Shown: positions 19,747 through 28,733 of the stretch, piece by piece
Position numbering within the stretch: position 1 is the stretch's first letter
Layout: every line of letters starts with the position of its first letter
Source: Candidatus Limnocylindrus sp.
GTDB taxonomy: Bacteria > Chloroflexota > Limnocylindria > Limnocylindrales > Limnocylindraceae
Direction: 5' to 3' (one strand)
NCBI GenBank assembly: GCA_040397215.1
Contig: JBBAWK010000001.1
Length of the DNA stretch: 64,000 bases
Program-made: the position numbers and the translations under genes
The notes under the pieces: generated by a model
The model's input: the letters and a program-made list of their open reading frames with translations, nothing else
The model's database searches: none
Told to the model about the DNA's origin: nothing

Positions 19747-21228
19747 CTATTGGCCACTCTCTGGCTTCAGCGCCGCGCTGTACGCCGCAAGCGTTCGTTG
19801 ACGCGCCTCGGCGTGATCGACGATCGGCCCTGGATACTGTTCGCCGAGGGTGATCCCGGCCTCTGCAAGCGCCTTTGGATGCGCCCACGGCGCATGGATC
19901 GCGGGCGCTTGCAGAGCTGCAAGCTCTGGCACCCAGCGGCGCACATATTCACCATCGGGATCAAAGTTTCCCGCCTGCGTCACCGGATTGAAGATGCGGA
20001 AGTACGGTTGCGCATCAGTGCCACTCCCCGCACACCACTGCCAGCCACCATTGTTGGCGGCAATATCACCGTCGACAAGATGTCGCAAGAAGTGCGCCTC
20101 CCCCTCACGCCAATCAATCAGCAGGTCTTTTGTTAGGAATGATGCGGTGATCATGCGCGCGCGGTTGTGCATGAAGCCGGTCGCTGCGAGTTGGCGCATC
20201 CCTGCATCAACAACGGGGTAGCCGGTCTTGCCGCTTTTCCACGCCTCCAGTAAGCGCTGATCGCTGCTCCACTTGATTGCGTCGTAGCTTGGACGCCACG
20301 CGCTGCTCGCGGCATGCGGCGCGTGCCAAAGCACCTGTGTATAGAAGTCACGCCAGGCGATCTGGCTCACCCAGACTCGCTCACCAGATCGTTCACCCTC
20401 TTGCACTGGCGGTAGTGGAAGTTGTCGCACAACAAGTTCACGCGCGGAGAGGAGCCCAATATGCAGCGCCGCCGAGAGGCGGCTAGTTCCAGAGTTGTCG
20501 GCCAACGTGTTGCGCCGGTCTGCATACTTGTCAATTGATTTGCGCCACGCATCGGCGTATTTGCGCGCAGCGCGTTCACCTGGCACAGGGAGTTGATCAA
20601 TCTGCGCGGTTGGCACCGCATGCGCATCAAGGAGCGTCCGATCAACGGTGGAAGTTGGAGTTGGTGTTGGTAGTGGTGGAAGCTTCTTCGGCGCTGGGAG
20701 TGGCGCGCTCGCGTCAACCTGCTCGAGCCATCGGCGGAAATACGGCGTGTAGACGCCGTATGGTGTGCCGCCACCGGTCAGCAACTCCTCTGGCTCCACC
20801 ACAACGAGGCCACGCTTCGCATGCAGTTTCACGCCGAGTGGTGTGAGCAGATCCGCAACGGCGTGATCGCGCTCTCGCGCGAACGGAGTGTGGTCGCGCG
20901 TCATGAAGAGGTCAATTTCTCCAGTGCCGCCTGCGGCACGCAACTCGCTAACCAACAGTGGGAGTGCGGTAGTGGCTGGCCCCTGCAGTTCAATGAGGTC
21001 CGAGCCGATGGCGCGCAGGCTGGCGGCGAGTTCTGTGACGCTCTCGCGCAGGAACCAGGTGCGGTTGGCGCTCGACAGCTTGCCAGTAATGAGGCCGGGT
21101 TCCCAGATGAAGATCGGCAAGAGGGGTGCGCCCCGCTCCTTGGCTGCTGCCACCGCCGCCACCAGTGCGGGGTGATCGGCAAGGCGAAGGTCTCGGCGGA
21201 ACCAAAGGATCACTGGGGGGTGTGGCAT
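19747..21228 (-). CDS. phr: Deoxyribodipyrimidine (CPD) photolyase, class I / CRY-DASH-like
   Basis: [13 protein letters not shown]...[15 protein letters not shown]...WREGE...[24 protein letters not shown]. Start set to the internal [18 protein letters not shown] (21228); the ORF is open up to 21327. Confidence 0.85.
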   Translation of the reverse strand: MPHPPVILWFRRDLRLADHPALVAAVAAAKERGAPLLPIFIWEPGLITGKLSSANRTWFLRESVTELAASLRAIGSDLIELQGPATTALPLLVSELRAAGGTGEIDLFMTRDHTPFARERDHAVADLLTPLGVKLHAKRGLVVVEPEELLTGGGTPYGVYTPYFRRWLEQVDASAPLPAPKKLPPLPTPTPTSTVDRTLLDAHAVPTAQIDQLPVPGERAARKYADAWRKSIDKYADRRNTLADNSGTSRLSAALHIGLLSARELVVRQLPLPPVQEGERSGERVWVSQIAWRDFYTQVLWHAPHAASSAWRPSYDAIKWSSDQRLLEAWKSGKTGYPVVDAGMRQLAATGFMHNRARMITASFLTKDLLIDWREGEAHFLRHLVDGDIAANNGGWQWCAGSGTDAQPYFRIFNPVTQAGNFDPDGEYVRRWVPELAALQAPAIHAPWAHPKALAEAGITLGEQYPGPIVDHAEARQRTLAAYSAALKPESGQ

Positions 21229-21347
21229 CGTCGGTAGATCATCGCACCTTACCCGCGCCGCGGGGCTCCCTCTCGGGGCGGTGACGGGGTACGATCCCCC
21301 CGCCGTGCGTTGCCCGGCAGCATCCAAGCAACCGAGAGCGGGGGGCT

Positions 21348-22658
21348 ATGCCTGCGAGCGTGATCGTCGGACTCCAGTGGGGCGACGAGGGGAAGGGGAA
21401 GACCACAGACTTCCTCGCCGAGCAGGTTTCGACGGTCGTTCGCTATCAGGGTGGCGATAACGCTGGCCACACGATCGTCATCGGCGGCGACACCTTCAGG
21501 CTGCACCTGGTCCCCTCGGGCGTCCTCTATGGGCACATCACCCCGATCATCGGGCCAGGGGTGGTCGTCAACCCCGCCACGCTAATTCGGGAGTTTGATG
21601 GGCTGATCAGTCGTGGCATCGATATCTCGAAGGTGCGCGTCAGCCACGCAGCACACCTGATCCTGCCGTATCACGTGGCGCTCGACAAAGCCCGTGAGAG
21701 CGCGCTCGCTGGAGACAAGGTGGGCACCACCCAGCGTGGCATCGGACCTGCCTATGAGGATCGCGCCGCTCGACTCGGCCTTCGCGTTGAGGATCTCTTG
21801 GATCCAGCCTCAGCCGCGACGCGCCTCTCACGCGTGCTCCCTGAGAAGCGCGCACTCCTCGCCGCGCTCGGCGTCGTCGACTACGCCGACGCGGTTGACG
21901 CCGACGCGATTGCTGCGCTCATTACCACCTGGGGCGAGCGACTCCGTCCACACATCGCCGACACGAACGACCTGGTGCAGCGTGCCTACGCCCGTAAGGA
22001 GCACCTCCTCTTTGAAGGCGCTCAGGGGGCGATGCTCGACCTCGATCACGGCTCCTACCCATTCGTCACCTCGTCGCATCCAATTGCGGGAGGCGCCACC
22101 ACTGGAGGCGGCATCGCTCCACTCCAGATTGATGAGGTGATGGGCGTCATGAAGGCATACGCCACACGTGTCGGATCTGGCCCATTCGTCACCGAACTCA
22201 CCGACGCAATCGGCGAGCGCATCGCCGTCACTGGTCATGAGGTTGGCACGACCACTGGTCGCCGTCGCCGTGTCGGTTGGAACGATGCCGTTCCACTCCG
22301 CTACGCCTTTGAGTTGAATGGCGTCTCGAGCATCATGTTGAACAAGCTTGACGTGCTCTCGGGCATTCCTGAAATTCTGCTCTGCGTTGCGTATGAGATC
22401 GACGGCAAGCGCGTTGAGCGCTGGCCAACGTCGAGTGCTGAGCTTGCACGCGCGAAGCCAATCTACGAAACGTTCCCTGGCTGGGAACAGGAGATCACCA
22501 GCGTTCGCGCGATGGCCGACCTCCCTGAGACCGCCCGTCGCTATGTCACGGCACTTGAAGAGATTGCCAGTGCGCCGATCGTGCTCCTCTCTGTTGGCCC
22601 CGAGCGCACGCAAACCATTGAGCGCGCCTGGCGCCCGTTACGCCACGCCAAGCGATGA
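21348..22658 (+). CDS. purA: Adenylosuccinate synthetase
   Basis: 436 aa: VIVGLQWGDEGKGKTTD, GTTQRGIGPAY, GTTTGRRRRVGW. Confidence 0.95.
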   Translation: MPASVIVGLQWGDEGKGKTTDFLAEQVSTVVRYQGGDNAGHTIVIGGDTFRLHLVPSGVLYGHITPIIGPGVVVNPATLIREFDGLISRGIDISKVRVSHAAHLILPYHVALDKARESALAGDKVGTTQRGIGPAYEDRAARLGLRVEDLLDPASAATRLSRVLPEKRALLAALGVVDYADAVDADAIAALITTWGERLRPHIADTNDLVQRAYARKEHLLFEGAQGAMLDLDHGSYPFVTSSHPIAGGATTGGGIAPLQIDEVMGVMKAYATRVGSGPFVTELTDAIGERIAVTGHEVGTTTGRRRRVGWNDAVPLRYAFELNGVSSIMLNKLDVLSGIPEILLCVAYEIDGKRVERWPTSSAELARAKPIYETFPGWEQEITSVRAMADLPETARRYVTALEEIASAPIVLLSVGPERTQTIERAWRPLRHAKR

Positions 22659-23962
22659 TCCCCCGCTACGCCACGCCGTCAATGACGGCGGTCTGGAGCG
22701 ATGAGGCTCGCTGGAGTGCAGCACTACAGGTTGAACTTGCGGTGCTTGACGCGCAGGCTGCATCGGGTGAAGTCCCAGCCGAAGCCGTCGCAGTGATTCG
22801 TGCCAAGGCGAAGGTTAACGTCGCACGCATCAACGAGTTGGAGCGAACTACTGATCATGACGTCGTCGCCTTCGTGAACCAGCTGGCGGAGAGCGTTGGC
22901 CCAGAGGGGCGGTGGATTCACCACGGCCTCACCAGCAGCGACGTTGTGGACACCGCGCTCGCACTGCAGATGCGTGAGGCCGCTGCGCTCATTGATGCAG
23001 GTCTCGCAACTCTACTCGCAACGATCATTCGCCGTGCGCGTGAGGAGAGCGACACGATCATCATTGGGCGCACGCACGGCATGCACGCAGAGCCAACCAC
23101 CATGGGCGCCAAGATGGCGAACTGGGCCTTTGAAGTTGCACGGGCACGTGAGCGCATCACGCTTGCGACCGCCGAAGCGGCGACGGGAAAGATCTCCGGG
23201 CCTGTCGGCACCTACAGCCAGATCAACCCTGAGATTGAGCAGATCGCATTGGCGACGCTCGGCCTACGCGCCGATCAGGCCAGCACCCAGATTGTGCAGC
23301 GCGACCGACACGCCGCCTTCGTGAGTGCGATTGCCATCGCCGGTGGCACGCTTGAGCGAATCGCTACCGAGATCCGCCATCTGCAGCGTTCCGAGGTGGA
23401 TGAGATGCGCGAGCCGTTCCGCACTGGTCAGGCTGGTAGCTCAGCAATGCCGCAGAAGCGCAATCCGATCAAGAGCGAACGGATAGCCGGTCTCGCTCGC
23501 CTCCTGCGTGGCTACGCCGCAGCGGCAATGGAGAACCAGCCACTCTGGCACGAGCGCGACATCAGCCACAGCTCCGCCGAGCGAATCCTTCTGCCCGATG
23601 CAACCTCGCTCCTCGCCTTCATGGCGGATTCGCTCAACGGTGTAATCGATGGCGCAGAGATTCGCCGCGAGCGGATGAAGGAGAACCTTACGGCTGGGCT
23701 CGGGCTGCACGCCGCATCGCGGCTACTCACGGCACTCGTTGATGCGGGGATGCAGCGCGATGCCGCCTATTCAATTGTGCAAGCTGCGGCGACGAGCGCG
23801 CGCGATGGCAACCGACAGCTACATGAAGTGTGTCTGGCAGATGCCAGCATTGCCGCTGCACTCAGCAGCGGCGCGCTGCTCAAGCTCTTTGACTACGGCG
23901 CCGCAACGGTGCATGCAGCACTACTCGTTGACCGACTCGCTCAATTAGAAACTCGGGGATAA
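22655..23962 (+). CDS. purB: Adenylosuccinate lyase
   Basis: 435 aa fumarase/ASL family: SSAMPQKRNP signature. ATGA overlap with purA. Confidence 0.95.
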   Translation: MIPRYATPSMTAVWSDEARWSAALQVELAVLDAQAASGEVPAEAVAVIRAKAKVNVARINELERTTDHDVVAFVNQLAESVGPEGRWIHHGLTSSDVVDTALALQMREAAALIDAGLATLLATIIRRAREESDTIIIGRTHGMHAEPTTMGAKMANWAFEVARARERITLATAEAATGKISGPVGTYSQINPEIEQIALATLGLRADQASTQIVQRDRHAAFVSAIAIAGGTLERIATEIRHLQRSEVDEMREPFRTGQAGSSAMPQKRNPIKSERIAGLARLLRGYAAAAMENQPLWHERDISHSSAERILLPDATSLLAFMADSLNGVIDGAEIRRERMKENLTAGLGLHAASRLLTALVDAGMQRDAAYSIVQAAATSARDGNRQLHEVCLADASIAAALSSGALLKLFDYGAATVHAALLVDRLAQLETRG

Positions 23963-23968
23963 ATCGAA

Positions 23969-23996
23969 CGGCCGAGACCCCGAAGGGTCCCGGCCG
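23969..23996 (-). terminator. Intrinsic-terminator-like hairpin between the convergent purB and zinc-ribbon genes
   Basis: Inverted repeat cggccgagaccc-cgaa-gggtcccggccg. On the minus-strand RNA this is a 12-bp stem with a UUCG tetraloop followed by UUCGAUUUAU. On the plus-strand RNA there is one A·C mismatch and no U-tract. Confidence 0.5.
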
Positions 23997-24023
23997 TCCG
24001 GGTTGCTCAAAGAGCTACTGGAC

Positions 24024-24395
24024 TCAGCGCGCTGGGCGTCGGGTCGAGAAGCAGTTGTCGCAGTAAACCGGCTTGCCGCTGGTTGGCAGGAAGGGGACCA
24101 TGGTCTCCTTGCCGCAATCCGAGCAGGTTGCTGGGTGCAACTCGCGTGGTCCGCGAGGTGCGCGTGGGGCGCCGTAGCCGCCGGCGCTGTAAGAGCTGCC
24201 ACCGGTGTAGCCGCCGAAGCCGCCACCCGCTGAACCACCCTCGCGCTGCGCCTTACGGGCATTGCGGCATGGTGTGCAGCGCTTTGGCTCCGTGAAGCCG
24301 CGCTCAGCGTAGAACTCCTGGTCCCGCGCTGTGAATACGAATTCCTGGCTGCAATCCATGCAGACCAAGTTCTTGTCTGTGTACATTCCGTTCAC
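24024..24395 (-). CDS. Tandem zinc-ribbon (zf-trcl-like CxxC-x17-CxxC) protein with Gly-rich linker
   Basis: 123 aa. Two copies of CxxC...FxF...EQEFY...GF..P.RC.xCR separated by GGSAGGGFGGYTGGSSYSAGGYG. Confidence 0.6.
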   Translation of the reverse strand: MNGMYTDKNLVCMDCSQEFVFTARDQEFYAERGFTEPKRCTPCRNARKAQREGGSAGGGFGGYTGGSSYSAGGYGAPRAPRGPRELHPATCSDCGKETMVPFLPTSGKPVYCDNCFSTRRPAR

Positions 24396-24614
24396 TCCTA
24401 GTGCTGGCTCGCCTCGTGGTCCGATGCTGGTCTCGCGAGCCCTGGATGGGAACGGTTGACTGATCTCGGTCGCGTGCGTGCGTGCTTATGTCCACCGAAG
24501 CCCGGGGAACCTCCGTAGCATACGGCATCCCGCTCATCTCTCATAGGGGCTGCCCTATGATCAGGCCCAACGGGGTGCCGCTGGCCCCCCGAAGACTCGT
24601 GGAGGTCCCTACGA

Positions 24615-25307
24615 ATGCCCAGTCGAACCCTCGTCGCCGCACTCGCCGCTGAGGCGATCGGCACCTTCCTCTTCTTCGTGCTCGGAGCGGGCGCGGTGAT
24701 CATGAATGCCCAGACCGGCGGGGAGGTCGGCCTGATCGGCATCGCCCTCGCCCACGGCCTCGCCCTCGCCGCCCTTGGCACCGCCTTCGCCCCCATCAGT
24801 GGCGGGCAGTTCAACCCGGTGGTAACCGTGGCCCTCTGGCTGGTTGGCAAGGTCCGAACCATTGAGGGGATTCGCTACATCGTGGCCCAACTGGTCGGCG
24901 CCGTCGCCGCTGGGTTCGCCCTCAAGCTCGCCTTTGGCGGCTTCGAGTCGGGTGACACCGCCTGGTCGATTGCAGGTGGCGGATCACCCGCTGTTGCTGC
25001 TGGCCTGACCCAGGCCACGGCGATCGCCATCGAGGCGGTCCTCACTGCCGTGTTGGTCTACGCCGTACTGCTAACCGCCGTTGATAAGCGCGCCCCACAG
25101 CTCGGTGCACTCCTCATTGGCGGCGTGATTATCGCCGAAATCATGGTGGGCGGACCGCTCACCGGCGCGGCAATGAACCCGGCGCGCTGGTTCGGCCCTG
25201 CGTTGGCGCTTGGCGACCTATCGGCCGCCGTCGTCTACATCGTGGGGCCGCTCATCGGCGCGGTCGTCGCCGCGCTCTCCGTTCGCTACCTCTTCGCCGA
25301 GCGCTAA
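24615..25307 (+). CDS. aqpZ: Aquaporin (MIP family, AqpZ/GlpF-like)
   Basis: 230 aa, six TM helices, two NPx boxes (SGGQFNPVVT and AMNPARWFGPA). Confidence 0.85.
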   Translation: MPSRTLVAALAAEAIGTFLFFVLGAGAVIMNAQTGGEVGLIGIALAHGLALAALGTAFAPISGGQFNPVVTVALWLVGKVRTIEGIRYIVAQLVGAVAAGFALKLAFGGFESGDTAWSIAGGGSPAVAAGLTQATAIAIEAVLTAVLVYAVLLTAVDKRAPQLGALLIGGVIIAEIMVGGPLTGAAMNPARWFGPALALGDLSAAVVYIVGPLIGAVVAALSVRYLFAER

Positions 25308-25793
25308 ATGCCAGGCGACGATTGGGCGGCACGGCGCCCTTCGTGGCTGAAGGGGGCACAGCGCTGGCTCGGTCGACTGATTGGACTCGTTGCGCCGTTC
25401 CACGCACGCCTGGCGCTTGCTACCAACGGTTGGGTGTCACCCAACCTTGGTGGACGGCCGGGAATCATCTTGGAGACGATCGGGCGACGGAGCGGTACGC
25501 CACGTCGCGTAGTACTGACCTATCTCCCTGACGGTGAGCGCATTGTGGTGATCGCGAGCAACTACGGTCGCAAAGGGCATCCCGCCTGGTATCGCAACAT
25601 TGAGGCCGAGGCGACCGTGACGATCATCTACAAGCGCTTCCGACGCCCGTATCGCGCGCGCATTGCCGTTGGCGAGGAACGCCTGAGCTACCTGCGCGCA
25701 ACGGACGATGCGACGTACGGCGTTTATGCAGCGTATGCGCGGAAGACGTCGCGTGAGATTCCGGTTGTCATTCTTGAGCCAACGCCTAAATGA
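25308..25793 (+). CDS. Deazaflavin (F420H2)-dependent nitroreductase-family oxidoreductase (Ddn/FDR-A-like, PNPOx fold)
   Basis: 161 aa: GRRSGTPRRVVLTYLPDGERIVVIASNYGRKGHPAWYRNIEAEATVTI is the hallmark of the DUF385/Ddn family. Start abuts the aquaporin stop. Confidence 0.7.
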   Translation: MPGDDWAARRPSWLKGAQRWLGRLIGLVAPFHARLALATNGWVSPNLGGRPGIILETIGRRSGTPRRVVLTYLPDGERIVVIASNYGRKGHPAWYRNIEAEATVTIIYKRFRRPYRARIAVGEERLSYLRATDDATYGVYAAYARKTSREIPVVILEPTPK

Positions 25794-26491
25794 GCGGGGC
25801 TGCTGCCGCACTGAGCACGGCGCGCACGCGCCTCGTAGTTGACTCGCTTGGCATCTGGGCCATCGCCATCATCGTTGGCGGCATCTTCGGCTTTACCGCG
25901 CGCCAGGGTGGGCTCTCTCTCGTTGAGGCAATCGCCTTTAGTTCGATCCTCTTTGCTGGCGCGTCGCAATTTGCCGCCGTTGGGCTCCTGGTCGTCAACA
26001 CGCCGTGGCCATCGATCGTGCTGCTGGTGTGGCTACTCAATGCACGGCACCTCCTCTACTCCGCCTCTGTCGCTCCGTACACCACGAAGCTCTCGCTGAA
26101 GCTTCGGGCGGGGCTCGCCTATCTGCTCACCGACGAAGCGTTCGCCCTCACGACGGCACACATTGCGCGCCTTGGGCGTATTGACGTGAGAGGCGCCTGG
26201 TATGCAGGGTTCACGATCTTCATCCCTTGGAACCTCGCGACAATCGCCGGATGGCTTGCCGGTGCAGCACTGCCTGATCCCGCCACCATCGGTCTCGATG
26301 TGGTCTTCCCCGCGGCGATGGCTGGGCTCGCCATCGGCCTTGTGAAGGATCGTGCTGCGCTTGTTGCACTGCTCGTTGGTTGTGTCAGCGCAGTCGCTGC
26401 GGCGCTCGTGATTGATCCGAGTGCAGCAATCATGATCGGTGGCCTGGTTGGGCCACTCGCAGGGCTCGCACTCTTTCGGAGGCACGCGTGA
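25790..26491 (+). CDS. azlC: AzlC-family branched-chain amino acid exporter subunit
   Basis: 233 aa membrane protein (SILFAGASQFAAVGLL). ATGA overlap with the upstream gene. Confidence 0.8.
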   Translation: MSGAAAALSTARTRLVVDSLGIWAIAIIVGGIFGFTARQGGLSLVEAIAFSSILFAGASQFAAVGLLVVNTPWPSIVLLVWLLNARHLLYSASVAPYTTKLSLKLRAGLAYLLTDEAFALTTAHIARLGRIDVRGAWYAGFTIFIPWNLATIAGWLAGAALPDPATIGLDVVFPAAMAGLAIGLVKDRAALVALLVGCVSAVAAALVIDPSAAIMIGGLVGPLAGLALFRRHA

Positions 26492-26820
26492 ACAACGACC
26501 TCTTGAGCACTGACCTGGTTCCACTCGCGATCCTTGGTGGGCTCGGCACGTATGTCGCGCGCGCACTGCCGATGCTGGTCCCTGGCATTGATCGCCTGCC
26601 GCCCGTCGTTCTCGAGTACCTGCGGCTGATCGGCCCAGCGGTGCTGGGCGCAATCGCTGCGGCATCAGTGTTTGTGCAGGGCGGTACGTTCGCCGTCGGT
26701 CCGGAAGCGGTCGCCGTGTTCGCTGGCGGTGCTGCGGGCCGCTGGCGAGGCAGCCTCCTCATCGGCATGTTGGTGTCTGTCATTACCGTTCTCGCGCTGC
26801 GCGCTACGATTCGCAACTGA
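26488..26820 (+). CDS. azlD: AzlD-family branched-chain amino acid transport protein
   Basis: 110 aa, three TM segments, overlaps azlC by 4 nt. Confidence 0.75.
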   Translation: MNNDLLSTDLVPLAILGGLGTYVARALPMLVPGIDRLPPVVLEYLRLIGPAVLGAIAAASVFVQGGTFAVGPEAVAVFAGGAAGRWRGSLLIGMLVSVITVLALRATIRN

Positions 26821-27266
26821 TGTTAATCACCGAAGCAGATCTCACGCCGATTGAAGTGAAGCTCGTTGCCGCGGCGCGTGCCATTCGTCCGCGCGCATAC
26901 GCGCCGTACTCCGGTTACACGGTTGGCGCTGCCGCAGCCGACGAGAACGGCGGCATTCACGTTGGTGCAAACATGGAGGGTGTCGACTACACCCTTACGG
27001 TGCACGCTGAACAGCACACGATGAATGCAATGCGCCTAGCCACCGATGCACGTGCCGTCGCTCTCGCGTTTGCGGTGCAATCACCAGCGGAGGCGCCGGC
27101 GCCGTGCGGCATCTGCCGCCAGAGAATTCGCGAGTTCGCGGCGTCGCTTTCAATTCCGATCGTTGCCGTCAACCTTGACGAGCGGCTCGGGATCCTGCGA
27201 ATCAATCGCTACCCGTTCGATCTGCTCCTGCCTAACTCCTTCGGCCCGGAGAACATTGGCAAATAA
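26820..27266 (+). CDS. cdd: Cytidine deaminase
   Basis: 148 aa: YAPYSGYTVGAA, zinc ligands HAEQ and PCGICRQ. Confidence 0.85.
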   Translation: MLITEADLTPIEVKLVAAARAIRPRAYAPYSGYTVGAAAADENGGIHVGANMEGVDYTLTVHAEQHTMNAMRLATDARAVALAFAVQSPAEAPAPCGICRQRIREFAASLSIPIVAVNLDERLGILRINRYPFDLLLPNSFGPENIGK

Positions 27267-27401
27267 AAACGCCCCGCCGCGGCATAAGCCACAACGAGGC
27301 GCCCTTATCTGATCGTCAGCGTTAGCTGCGAAGATCCTTATACGCCGCCCAGAGAACTGGAAGACTTACCAAGAAACCAAGCACGAAGACGATCGGGTCG
27401 T

Positions 27402-27572
27402 TCACTTGCTCTTCTTGGCGAGCAGGGTGCCGAGCGAAAGGATCGCTGGAACCCACAGGCCGATGTAGATTGAGGTCTGGGTGTTCTGGACAAAGCCGAC
27501 ACCAAAATAGTGCGCGAGTGAAAGTGCGAGGCTGGCTACTGCAGCCAAGATGTACAGGTTCTTCGAATCCAT
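27402..27572 (-). CDS. Small (56-aa) two-helix membrane protein, absent from the ORF track (below its length cutoff)
   Basis: Hand translation: MDSKNLYILAAVASLALSLAHYFGVGFVQNTQTSIYIGLWVPAILSLGTLLAKKSK. ATG is preceded by GGGAGGA at a 5-nt spacing. Confidence 0.45.
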   Translation of the reverse strand: MDSKNLYILAAVASLALSLAHYFGVGFVQNTQTSIYIGLWVPAILSLGTLLAKKSK

Positions 27573-27640
27573 GTTTCCTCCCTAACGTCTGAGCTGAACT
27601 TCAGCCCTGCTGAAAACGGTAGCCGATTCACCGATATAAC

Positions 27641-28678
27641 TCAATCGTTAAGGGCTGGGGCTGCCGGATCGTCGCCAGCGCTGAGTTCTACCCGCTCAAT
27701 CCTCTCGCCTCGGTCAAGCACCTTCTTTGAGGAGATCTTGATCTGCTCGATGTCCTTGCTCGCCTGCCCGAAGTGCGTTTCAAGGCTCTCTACGCGCTCG
27801 CCGAGCCTGCCCACGTCGTCGAGGATGAGGCGCACCTCACGCTGAATGAGGGAGGCCTGCGCGGCGATCTTGGTGTCGATGTAGACCGAGCGGAGATTGG
27901 TCAGCCAACCATGAATCGTATTCGGGCTGGCGAGGTAGACGCGCTTCTTGCTCGCGTACTCCACCAGATCGGCAAAGTGCTGCAGCAGCTCGCCGTAGAT
28001 GGACTCCGCCGGGATGAACATCAGGGCGAGGTCGCGCGTTTCGCCCTTGATGAGGTATTTCGACGAGATGTCGTCAATATGCTTCTTTACGTCGACCTTG
28101 AACTGGCGCTCAGCAACGATCCGCGTGGCGTCGTCACTAGCGGCGAGCATGCTGCGATACGAGTCAAGTGGAAACTTTGAATCAACAGCGAGGTCACCGC
28201 CACGCTCACCGAAGCGGATGAGGCAGTCAACGCGGGCACGATTTGAGAGGGTTGCCTGGAATTCGTAGAGCTCGGCGGGGAGCACATCTTCAACGATCTG
28301 CTCCAGGCGGACCTCGCCAAACGCGCCGCGCGCCTGGTTGCTGCCGAGGATGCCGACCAGGTCGACAACCTGGCCCTTCAACTCTTCGATCTGCTGCTGG
28401 GCCCGATCAATGATGCCGAGGCGTTCGCCAACCTGCTGAAGCTGCTCTGTGGTGCCCTTTGCGCCAGCCGCTAGCGCCTGCTGCACGCTCTCTCGATCGC
28501 GATTGGACTGCGTGACGAGTCCCTGCACCATGGCGGCGAGCTGTGCGGCCTGAATGGCGGCACTCTGGTCGGGCGGAGTTGGGCGCCCAGCGCGGAGCGC
28601 TGCATAGATCGATGCGACGGCGGCAACTCCGGTGAAGAGTGCGGCGATTGGGACGAGTAGATCGTTCATGCCCGCCAT
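27641..28678 (-). CDS. rmuC: DNA recombination protein RmuC
   Basis: 345 aa. N-terminal TM anchor, coiled-coil region, RmuC C-terminal nuclease-like domain (FIPAESIYGELL, YLASPNTI). Confidence 0.85.
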   Translation of the reverse strand: MAGMNDLLVPIAALFTGVAAVASIYAALRAGRPTPPDQSAAIQAAQLAAMVQGLVTQSNRDRESVQQALAAGAKGTTEQLQQVGERLGIIDRAQQQIEELKGQVVDLVGILGSNQARGAFGEVRLEQIVEDVLPAELYEFQATLSNRARVDCLIRFGERGGDLAVDSKFPLDSYRSMLAASDDATRIVAERQFKVDVKKHIDDISSKYLIKGETRDLALMFIPAESIYGELLQHFADLVEYASKKRVYLASPNTIHGWLTNLRSVYIDTKIAAQASLIQREVRLILDDVGRLGERVESLETHFGQASKDIEQIKISSKKVLDRGERIERVELSAGDDPAAPALND

Positions 28679-28733
28679 CTTGCCTGATCAGTGTGCCGAC
28701 TGTTTGGCACAGCGGGGAAGCCGATGTGGTGAA

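Noticed and set aside
19577-19888. 103-aa ORF as the DUF2256 gene product
   Set aside because: The upstream 48 codons overlap the CPD photolyase C-terminus in another frame and are Arg-rich. Only the GTG-initiated 55-aa C-terminal part matches the DUF2256 family size and motif.
24396-24614. 219-nt GC-rich intergenic region upstream of the aquaporin gene considered as a possible ncRNA or riboswitch
   Set aside because: No recognisable conserved riboswitch core. Best explained as divergent promoter region for the aquaporin and zinc-ribbon genes.
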